IMG/VR virus record: IMGVR_UViG_3300017766_001040
Coordinates: 1 to 31,779 of that record
Strand: one strand, 5' to 3'
Length of the DNA: 31,779 bases
Source: a virus
Taxonomy: Duplodnaviria > Caudoviricetes
Below the pieces are notes generated by a model that was given only the letters and a program-made list of their open reading frames with translations, made no database searches and was not told where the DNA came from. Positions 7,894 through 15,063 of the stretch are shown here, in pieces (the stretch's first letter is position 1; every line of letters begins with the position of its first letter). Position numbers and translations under genes: made by a program.

Positions 7894-8280
7894 ATGTTAA
7901 TAGTAATAAGAAGACTTTACAAAGGAGAAAAATCCATAATAGGCGAAATGACCGTAGACGGGATATTTGAATGTTTTACATTGGAAGATGTAGAAAGACC
8001 AGTAAAAATAAAAGGGGAAACAGCAATACCTAAAGGCACATACAAAGTAATAATAAACGAATCAAATAGATTTAAAAGACAATTGCCTTTATTACTAAAT
8101 GTACCAGGATTTGAAGGTGTGCGTATTCACGCGGGCAACACTAATCATGATACCGAAGGATGCATATTAGTTGGACAAACAAGACATAAAGAATTTATAG
8201 GGAAATCAAGAAAAGCATTTGATAAACTATTTAAAAAAATGCAAAGAGCAAAGGACATAACATTATCAATTCAATCTTAA
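7894..8280 (+). CDS. DUF5675-like protein, putative endolysin
   Basis: TAIPKGTY, VPGFEGVRIHAGNT..DTEGCILVG (His/Cys motif as in L,D-transpeptidase-like folds); lies between holin and spanin. Confidence 0.8.
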   Translation: MLIVIRRLYKGEKSIIGEMTVDGIFECFTLEDVERPVKIKGETAIPKGTYKVIINESNRFKRQLPLLLNVPGFEGVRIHAGNTNHDTEGCILVGQTRHKEFIGKSRKAFDKLFKKMQRAKDITLSIQS

Positions 8281-8768
8281 TGAAAAAAATTATATTTATA
8301 ATATTAATAGTATTAACTTCCTGTTCATCTAGAAAAGTATTAGTTGATAAAACTGATATAAAGAAAGATAGTATTGCGGAAACAAAAGTTGTAGTTACAA
8401 AAATAGATACTACAAATAAAACAGATTCTACAAAAGTAATTATAAACACGGACAGTAGTGAAATTGTTATAACACCAATTGATTCAAGTAAAACAATTAT
8501 TGTTGACGGCAAAACTTATAAAAATGTTGTTTTAAAGATTAAAAAAAATAAATCTAATACATTATATACAAATAATAAAAAGGAGTCTAATATTAAGCGT
8601 GTTGATTCCGTAGCCACTTCTAAAACAGAAACAAAAGAACATCAAGTAGCTAAAACAAAAATAATTGATAAAAAACAAAATTATTGGTTTTTGGTTTGGT
8701 GGATATTATTAATATTAATTATATATTTATTATGGCGAAACAAACAACGGCTATTCAACGTATTGTAA
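8280..8768 (+). CDS. putative unimolecular spanin (lipoprotein with C-terminal TM)
   Basis: Signal peptide II with lipobox LTSC; beta-rich middle; C-terminal WFLVWWILLILIIYLLW followed by basic tail. Confidence 0.75.
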   Translation: MKKIIFIILIVLTSCSSRKVLVDKTDIKKDSIAETKVVVTKIDTTNKTDSTKVIINTDSSEIVITPIDSSKTIIVDGKTYKNVVLKIKKNKSNTLYTNNKKESNIKRVDSVATSKTETKEHQVAKTKIIDKKQNYWFLVWWILLILIIYLLWRNKQRLFNVL

Positions 8769-8863
8769 AAAATATTGCAAGACCTGGTATTCACGCTAAA
8801 GCTAAAACATCTAATTTAAAAACATCTAAAAATTATAAGAAGTTATCTAGAGGACAAGGATAG
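8732..8863 (+). CDS. 43-aa basic peptide MAKQTTAIQRIVKNIARPGIHAKAKTSNLKTSKNYKKLSRGQG (absent from ORF track)
   Basis: Translated by hand; ends in RGQG as recalled for other small phage peptides; overlaps the spanin by 37 nt. Confidence 0.7.
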   Translation: MAKQTTAIQRIVKNIARPGIHAKAKTSNLKTSKNYKKLSRGQG

Positions 8864-8882
8864 GTAAAAATAAATAAAAACA

Positions 8883-8894
8883 GGTGATATATAA
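8883..8894 (+). promoter_or_regulatory. putative late promoter motif (GGTGATATATAA)
   Basis: Intergenic, about 30 nt before groEL; resembles the motif at 711, 12328, 23311 and 30780. Confidence 0.4.
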
Positions 8895-8921
8895 GTTATA
8901 TCAATTTAATCAAATAAAATT

Positions 8922-10466
8922 ATGTCAGACGCTATAGTCAAAAATTTAAGTTTTGGAAAAGAAGCCAGCGACAAAGTATTTGCTGGGATAGAAAAATTAG
9001 CAAAGGCCGTTAGTTCTACATTAGGAGCAAGTGGTAAATGTGTTCTTTTAGAAGATACAACTGGTAGACCTGTAATTACAAAGGATGGAGTAACAGTTGC
9101 TGATTCTATTATTTTATTAGATCCTGTAGAAAATATGGGGGCTACATTATTAAAGGAAGCAGCAAGAAAAACTGTTAGAGAAGCTGGCGATGGAACTACA
9201 ACAGCAACAGTATTAGCTCATGCTATTTTAAAGAATGCTTATGCCGTTGAAAATCCAAACGAAAGAAAAATAAAAGAAGGTATAAACTCAGCGGTAATTA
9301 AAGTATTAGATTATCTAGACAAAATAAGTATAACTGTTGATGATAATATGTTAGATCAAATTGCAACTATATCAACAAACAACGACCCTGAATTAGGTAA
9401 ATTAGTTGGTGACGCATTTAGATCTGTTGGAAATACGGGAGTTGTAATGATGGAAACGTCATCAGATCCTGAGTCTAGTTTAGAATTGGTTGAAGGTATT
9501 CAATGTGATATGGGATTAAAAAACATGCACTTTGTAACTAATCAAAAAAATAAAACTGCTGAACTAGATAATCCACTAGTATTATTAGTTGAATCACAAA
9601 TAGATAACATAAGGCAAATACAATCGATATTAGAATATGTTATAAAGAATAATAAGTCATTACTTATAGTGGGAGACATGGAAACAATGCCATTATCCAC
9701 ATTAGCAATGAATAAATTAAAAGGTAACATAAAAATAAATGTTATTGATGCACCTACATTTGGTGTAAATAGAAAAGAAATATTTGACGATCTAGCATTG
9801 CTTACAGGCGCTACAGTAATAAATGAAGACCTTGGTGATGATTTAGATTTAATACAACCAGAATTGCTTGGCACTTGCGTTAAGAGTATTACTAGTCAAG
9901 AAGAAACAATATTACATATAAGTGAAACGCCAGAGAAAGTATTGGAGATTATAGATGATATTAAAAAATCTTTACTAGAAAACCCTCCAGCAACAAGAGT
10001 AATAAAGTTAGAAAAAAGATTAGCAAGATTAACAGGTAGAATTGCTTTGGTTAAAGTCGGCGCTAATTCAGAGATAGAGTTAAAAGAAAAGGCAGATAGA
10101 ATTGAAGATGCCATTTGCGCAACTAAAGCAGCAATCAAAGAAGGTATTGTGCCTGGCGGGGGAATTGCTTTATTAAATGCTTCTCATAACATAGATACCT
10201 TCTCACTTGGTGAAGAAATATTACTAGATTCTATTAGAGCGCCTTTTAAAACAATATTAGATAATGCAGGTATAGATAATGCGCCTTTAGAAACAATATC
10301 AAAAGTAGGATACGGTCTTAATGTTGTAACAGGTAAAACTGTTAATATGATTGAAGCTGGCATAATAGATCCATTGCTTGTTACTAAAAGTGCATTAAGA
10401 AATGCGGCATCTGTAGCAACAACTATATTATCAACTGATTGTGTAATTAATAATTTACGCGCATAA
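8922..10466 (+). CDS. groEL: phage-encoded group I chaperonin GroEL (Cpn60)
   Basis: ITKDGVTVA, AGDGTTTATVLA, EDAICATKAAIKEGIVPGGG and GIIDPLLVTKSALRNAAS motifs. Confidence 0.97.
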   Translation: MSDAIVKNLSFGKEASDKVFAGIEKLAKAVSSTLGASGKCVLLEDTTGRPVITKDGVTVADSIILLDPVENMGATLLKEAARKTVREAGDGTTTATVLAHAILKNAYAVENPNERKIKEGINSAVIKVLDYLDKISITVDDNMLDQIATISTNNDPELGKLVGDAFRSVGNTGVVMMETSSDPESSLELVEGIQCDMGLKNMHFVTNQKNKTAELDNPLVLLVESQIDNIRQIQSILEYVIKNNKSLLIVGDMETMPLSTLAMNKLKGNIKINVIDAPTFGVNRKEIFDDLALLTGATVINEDLGDDLDLIQPELLGTCVKSITSQEETILHISETPEKVLEIIDDIKKSLLENPPATRVIKLEKRLARLTGRIALVKVGANSEIELKEKADRIEDAICATKAAIKEGIVPGGGIALLNASHNIDTFSLGEEILLDSIRAPFKTILDNAGIDNAPLETISKVGYGLNVVTGKTVNMIEAGIIDPLLVTKSALRNAASVATTILSTDCVINNLRA

Positions 10467-10726
10467 TGAAGGCAGTTGGTAAGAGATTAATTATAGAGAA
10501 AGTAAAAGAAGGCACTACGGAAACAAAAGGAGGCCTTCTATTAGCTGAAAGTCACAGAGATGATATTAGATATATAGAAGCTAAAGTTATTAGTGTTGGA
10601 GATGAAGTAGTAGGCGTTAAAGAAGGCGATAGTATATTTTATGATAGACATAATGGCCATAAGATAGAACCTGGAAAAGAAACCTACTACGTTATAAGAC
10701 TAGACGATGTTGTAGTTGTATTATGA
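10466..10726 (+). CDS. groES: co-chaperonin GroES (Cpn10)
   Basis: Mobile loop TETKGGLLLA; VISVG, VKEGDSI and IRLDDVV motifs; TAATG coupling to groEL. Confidence 0.92.
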   Translation: MKAVGKRLIIEKVKEGTTETKGGLLLAESHRDDIRYIEAKVISVGDEVVGVKEGDSIFYDRHNGHKIEPGKETYYVIRLDDVVVVL

Positions 10727-11181
10727 GCCGTTTAGAACCTTCAGATATTAGAGATATAGGTTTATTAAAACATTATAGAATAATACGTAGATGGGCCTGT
10801 AGAAATAATGATTTAACAGACGCAGATTTAGAATTACTAATCTATTTTGATTGTATGGAGTTCTTTACCAAACAAGATTATAAAATAGGTACTTATGCTT
10901 ACAGTTGGGACAATAAACGCTGGAACAATTTATTAAAAGAAGGGTGGATAGTGGTTTGGAGAAATAGAAACCATACAACCCAAAAATACAATATATATAA
11001 AGTTTCATTTAAGTGTAAACAACTAATAAGTAGAATGTACCGTATAATGCTTGGTAAAGAAGACATACCAACAAGTCATAGAAATACTATAATGAGTGGT
11101 AAAACATATATGGACAACCTTATGATAACCGCTATAGAAAATGTAAATAAAGATAAAACAAGAAACAATGAATCAACTTAA
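10723..11181 (+). CDS. conserved hypothetical protein, possibly winged-helix
   Basis: LTDADLELLIYF...LLKEGWIVVW...YKVSFKCKQL pattern reminiscent of MarR-like wHTH. Confidence 0.6.
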   Translation: MSRLEPSDIRDIGLLKHYRIIRRWACRNNDLTDADLELLIYFDCMEFFTKQDYKIGTYAYSWDNKRWNNLLKEGWIVVWRNRNHTTQKYNIYKVSFKCKQLISRMYRIMLGKEDIPTSHRNTIMSGKTYMDNLMITAIENVNKDKTRNNEST

Positions 11182-11392
11182 TCCAACGCCTATAAATCCA
11201 AAAGGTTTTACTAATACAAATAATATACAAGGTATGTATGGAACGCAAGTTCCAAATACTTTTACAAGAGATGTTAATCCTATGGCTGGAGCAACAACTC
11301 CTATAACACCGGATTATTCAAGCAATCCAATTCCGCCTCCAACAGGAGTTTCAACCACTATTGTTCCACCTTATGATATAAATAACCAATAA
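11168..11392 (+). CDS. Pro/Asn/Thr-rich small hypothetical protein
   Basis: ORF in operon, overlapping the upstream stop. Confidence 0.65.
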   Translation: MNQLNPTPINPKGFTNTNNIQGMYGTQVPNTFTRDVNPMAGATTPITPDYSSNPIPPPTGVSTTIVPPYDINNQ

Positions 11393-11394
11393 CT

Positions 11395-11613
11395 ATGAAT
11401 TTAAACGCAAAAAAACATCCAATGACAGTTCTCGATAGAGAGGCTAAATTATCTGGGGTTGGAGCAAATGCAGTATGGGCTGGTCCATTTGACACCACAT
11501 CATTCCCAAAAGGTAAAGGATCAAGTTCAGGCAAAGACGGTATTATATTTAATAACGTTAAACCAACTTGTGATCCAAGACCAATTACGCAACGAGCCAA
11601 AGGAAAATATTAA
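11395..11613 (+). CDS. small hypothetical protein
   Basis: ORF in operon; GVGANAVWAGP motif. Confidence 0.7.
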   Translation: MNLNAKKHPMTVLDREAKLSGVGANAVWAGPFDTTSFPKGKGSSSGKDGIIFNNVKPTCDPRPITQRAKGKY

Positions 11614-11657
11614 GATTACCAAGATATAAACAATAACCAAACCTAAAACTAAAAACA

Positions 11658-11945
11658 ATGTTCAAATTTATCTCAATTGCTACTACAGCTAGTGGCACGC
11701 AACCAATTCTTTTTAATGTAGCGGATATTACAGCAGTATCTTATCTTACTGCAACTACTTTCGCTATTTATACGGGGCCTATAAGTTACACATTTACTAC
11801 AAGCGCTGCTGGCGCATCTAGTACTGTTGCTGCCGTAAATGCTGCTATTTTTGCTCAAGGACCATTATTGTCTCCTGTAGCAATTCCAACAGGGGTTACT
11901 ATTGCTAATTTGCCTATTATTGTTCCTATAGCCCCAGCAGCATAA
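11658..11945 (+). CDS. Ala/Thr-rich small protein, possible capsid decoration protein
   Basis: Strong A-rich leader; GCT/ACT-biased codons like the MCP; followed by a strong hairpin. Confidence 0.65.
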   Translation: MFKFISIATTASGTQPILFNVADITAVSYLTATTFAIYTGPISYTFTTSAAGASSTVAAVNAAIFAQGPLLSPVAIPTGVTIANLPIIVPIAPAA

Positions 11946-11952
11946 TATTAAT

Positions 11953-11990
11953 TTAAATTCCCTATAGATATACTTTTATAGGGAATTTAA
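11953..11990. terminator. perfect 14-bp hairpin, probable intrinsic terminator or transcript-processing site
   Basis: ttaaattccctata-N10-tatagggaatttaa, extendable by aatatta/taatatt. Confidence 0.75.
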
Positions 11991-12007
11991 TAATATTCAT
12001 TATTTAT

Positions 12008-12322
12008 ATGTCTTTTAAAATGAAAGGGTTTCCATATAACGTGGATAATACTCCTGTATATAGTACCGATATGGACGGCAATATTTTAGGTATGGCGCAA
12101 TCTAATGGAACTATATTAGTGAATAAAAATATATCTCCTTTAGAATTAAAAAAGAATAAAACTATATCACACGAGAAAGTACATATAGATCAAATGAAAC
12201 GCGGAGATCTGGATTACAATGATTCTCACGTTATTTGGAAAGGTAAAAAGTATCCACGCTCTAAAATGAAAGAAGGAGCAAAAAATCTACCTTGGGAAAA
12301 GGAGGCTTATAAAAAGCAATAA
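12008..12322 (+). CDS. minimal zincin-like metallopeptidase
   Basis: TISHEKVH (HExxH) preceded by a beta-strand GTILVN; downstream PWEKEAY supplies a candidate third ligand Glu. Confidence 0.75.
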   Translation: MSFKMKGFPYNVDNTPVYSTDMDGNILGMAQSNGTILVNKNISPLELKKNKTISHEKVHIDQMKRGDLDYNDSHVIWKGKKYPRSKMKEGAKNLPWEKEAYKKQ

Positions 12323-12327
12323 ATACG

Positions 12328-12340
12328 CGTAATAATAATA
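12328..12340 (+). promoter_or_regulatory. putative late promoter motif (CGTAATAATAATA)
   Basis: Intergenic recurrence of the SGTRAT motif. Confidence 0.35.
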
Positions 12341-12365
12341 ATATATAACTTTAATTTAATATATT

Positions 12366-12725
12366 ATGAAAAAAGTAATCTGTATTATTGTATTTTTAGT
12401 TTTCAATTCTTATGTTCAAGCTCAAAAGCTTACTAAAGATTTTCTAGTTGGAACATGGGCTTCTGACACTGTGCAAATAGATTTTTCTATTATAAACAGG
12501 AATGAACTTAATGTAGTTTCATTTTCTTATTTAACTGGGAATTACTTTAAAATATTAGGTTATCAATTTGATAAAAATAATTTCTATTTAAACACATTGC
12601 ATGAACCTAATGACTGGGAAGCTTTAGGTAAATTTATAGTTGTAGATCAAGATACAATGGTTGCTAATTATGTTAGCGATGCTCCCGGAACCGTAATTTA
12701 TAAAAGACTAATAAATAAAAACTAA
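12366..12725 (+). CDS. exported protein with Sec signal peptide, lipocalin-like beta-barrel candidate
   Basis: MKKVICIIVFLVFNSYVQA|Q signal; LVGTW motif; ends YKR. Confidence 0.75.
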   Translation: MKKVICIIVFLVFNSYVQAQKLTKDFLVGTWASDTVQIDFSIINRNELNVVSFSYLTGNYFKILGYQFDKNNFYLNTLHEPNDWEALGKFIVVDQDTMVANYVSDAPGTVIYKRLINKN

Positions 12726-12730
12726 ACAAA

Positions 12731-13204
12731 ATGGCATATAAACAAAACCCAGGAAGATCTCCATTACTTAAAACAGGGAATGGAATACCTAGCGCATTAA
12801 GACAAGATCATGGAGGCAAGATTGAGCTTACTGAAAGATATACAAAAGGTTTAAAAACATACAAGGAGAATAGAGAAAAAAATAATACTCCTGACGGAAT
12901 GAAAGTTGATGCCGCGTCTGGGTTTTCAACACCAAACTTGCCGATGCATAAAGTAGTTAAATCCGGTAATTATGTTAGAGAAGTAGATTCTAAAGGAAAT
13001 GTTGTAAAAGAAGAGAAAATGGATTCAAGAGGTAATGAAAAATTTTACAAATCTGTTGAAAATCGTAATGCTGATGTAACTAAAAGACAAACGGCTAACT
13101 CCAATCTTTATAATGCTTTTGGAGGAGGAACATCTCCAGACAAATTATCTGAAAGCCAAAAGAAATCTTTAGTCTCTACTAGCAAAGCAATAAGAACTAG
13201 ATAA
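12731..13204 (+). CDS. basic hypothetical protein with MAYKQ...SPLLK leader
   Basis: ORF in operon; shared leader motif. Confidence 0.75.
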   Translation: MAYKQNPGRSPLLKTGNGIPSALRQDHGGKIELTERYTKGLKTYKENREKNNTPDGMKVDAASGFSTPNLPMHKVVKSGNYVREVDSKGNVVKEEKMDSRGNEKFYKSVENRNADVTKRQTANSNLYNAFGGGTSPDKLSESQKKSLVSTSKAIRTR

Positions 13205-13205
13205 A

Positions 13206-13445
13206 ATGAAAAATCTATCTGTAAAAGGTTATAAAAAAAATAGTCCTGATAAAGATAGACCTTATAATGTAATACCTAGCGGGGAAATCACTATGAAAAA
13301 TGTGGAGTTTCCCGTTTTAGGTATTGATAATAAAGGTAATTCAAAAGTAATGCAACCAGGTAAAGATTATAGTTATCCGGGTGATACTGTATTAGAAATA
13401 CCTATGAAAAAATCAACAATATATAATAGAATATTTAAAAAATAA
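13206..13445 (+). CDS. conserved small phage protein (IPSGEITMKNVEFPVLGID...PGDTVLEIPM)
   Basis: ORF in operon; motif recalled from Bacteroidota phage proteins. Confidence 0.7.
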   Translation: MKNLSVKGYKKNSPDKDRPYNVIPSGEITMKNVEFPVLGIDNKGNSKVMQPGKDYSYPGDTVLEIPMKKSTIYNRIFKK

Positions 13446-13448
13446 ATT

Positions 13449-13718
13449 ATGGGACAATATGGTAATCAACCGGATTTTGGAACAATAGTAGAACCATTAT
13501 CTGCTTATAACTTTGAGGTTAATTTTCCTCCTTCTGCAATATACATAGGAAGAACCGACGATGATAATGCATGCTCTATTGAAATACTCCCAGTTGGCGA
13601 TACTAGCAGAACTGTTGAGATAACGGGTATACAACCAGGTACTTTTTTGCCAATTATTGCAGTGCAAATCACGTCAGCATCAAATATTGATACAGAAAAA
13701 ATATTATTATATAGATAA
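13449..13718 (+). CDS. small beta-sandwich protein resembling head-spike base proteins (RcGTA Rcc01079-like)
   Basis: SAIYIG...VEITGIQPGTFLPIIAVQI pattern; family call tentative. Confidence 0.55.
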   Translation: MGQYGNQPDFGTIVEPLSAYNFEVNFPPSAIYIGRTDDDNACSIEILPVGDTSRTVEITGIQPGTFLPIIAVQITSASNIDTEKILLYR

Positions 13719-13744
13719 TTAAAATAAACAAATAATTAAATTAA

Positions 13745-14011
13745 ATGGAAAACACAAACAAAATTACAGAAAAACAATTAGAGACTATTGTTAATCAACA
13801 AAAAGAGATGAATACCCTATTATCTAATATAGGGTTATTGGAATCTCAAAAGCATGGGTTCTTACACCAAATTGCGGAAGTAAATAAAAGAGTAGAAGAA
13901 TTCAAATCAGAATTACAAGCAGAATACGGAGATATTAATATTAATGTTGAAGATGGTTCTTATACTCCTATAAATAAACCTGAAGAGGTTGTATTAGAAA
14001 AAGTTGACTAA
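13745..14011 (+). CDS. coiled-coil hypothetical protein
   Basis: Long amphipathic helix followed by EYGDININVEDGSY. Confidence 0.8.
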   Translation: MENTNKITEKQLETIVNQQKEMNTLLSNIGLLESQKHGFLHQIAEVNKRVEEFKSELQAEYGDININVEDGSYTPINKPEEVVLEKVD

Positions 14012-14238
14012 TGAGTTCTGTTATTAGAAAAATTAGTATAGGCACGGACTATAAAAATGAAGCAATGCATTACTCCGTAGGCCAAAACGTTTATGGAGGG
14101 CATGCAATATGTAATATTATATTTGATGATAAAGATACATCGTATAATATTTATATTAAAAAAGAAGACGAAGTTATGCCATGGAAGAAATTTAATTCAA
14201 ATATGGCTATCTCTGTTGAATATGATCTAGAGTACTAA
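14011..14238 (+). CDS. conserved hypothetical protein
   Basis: TAATG-coupled on both sides. Confidence 0.8.
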   Translation: MSSVIRKISIGTDYKNEAMHYSVGQNVYGGHAICNIIFDDKDTSYNIYIKKEDEVMPWKKFNSNMAISVEYDLEY

Positions 14239-14846
14239 TGAGAAGCGTATTTGACTTTATAGTTAAACCTGTAGGAGAAAGATATAATAATAAAGTTAAG
14301 ATTGCAGATAGAGAATTAATAGTCAATACTAAAATTGAAAGTTTTAAATCTGTAAATAACTTTGCTGAAGTTGTTGCATTACCTTTAGCTTATTCAACTG
14401 ATATTAAAGTTGGAGATATAGTTGTAATACATCATAATGTTTTTAGGGTGTTTTACGATATAAGAGGTAATAAAAAAAATAGTAGATCATATTTTAAAGA
14501 TAATTTATATTTTTGCAATTTTGATCAAATATATTTATATAAAAATACAGGTAAATGGAAAGCATTTGGAGACAGATGCTTTGTTAAGCCAATTAAAAAT
14601 AAAGACTATTTAAACGTAGATAAAGAACAAAAGCTTATTGGTATATTGAAATACGGAAATAGTTCCTTAGAATCGCTTAAAATAAACGAGGGAGACCTTG
14701 TTGGATATACTCCTTATGGAGAATTTGACTTTGTTATTGATGGACAAAGACTTTATTGTATGAAATCTAATGATATTGTAATTAAATATGGACATAAAGG
14801 AAACGAAACAGAATATAATCCAAGCTGGGCACAAAGCAGTTCTTGA
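14238..14846 (+). CDS. tandem GroES-like domain protein
   Basis: Two repeats: FIVKP...AEVVALP...IKVGDIVV and CFVKP...GILKYG...INEGDLVGY...IDGQRLYCMKSNDI. Confidence 0.7.
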   Translation: MRSVFDFIVKPVGERYNNKVKIADRELIVNTKIESFKSVNNFAEVVALPLAYSTDIKVGDIVVIHHNVFRVFYDIRGNKKNSRSYFKDNLYFCNFDQIYLYKNTGKWKAFGDRCFVKPIKNKDYLNVDKEQKLIGILKYGNSSLESLKINEGDLVGYTPYGEFDFVIDGQRLYCMKSNDIVIKYGHKGNETEYNPSWAQSSS

Positions 14847-15063
14847 ATTAATTAAGGTTGCAGAGGAGGCTATTTTAGATAATGGTGATGATGATTTATC
14901 GGCAGACAAATTAAAGAATGCTGCAGCAACAAAGAAGTTAGCCATATTTGATGCTTTTGAAATCTTAAGTAGAATACAGGATGAAACCCGTATGCTAGAA
15001 GAAGAAGAAAAAGATCCTACAATAAAAACTTTTAAAGGTTTTGCAGAAGGGAGATCCAAATAA
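14788..15063 (+). CDS. putative terminase small subunit
   Basis: Helical 91-aa protein coupled (TAATG) to TerL. Confidence 0.6.
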   Translation: MDIKETKQNIIQAGHKAVLELIKVAEEAILDNGDDDLSADKLKNAAATKKLAIFDAFEILSRIQDETRMLEEEEKDPTIKTFKGFAEGRSK

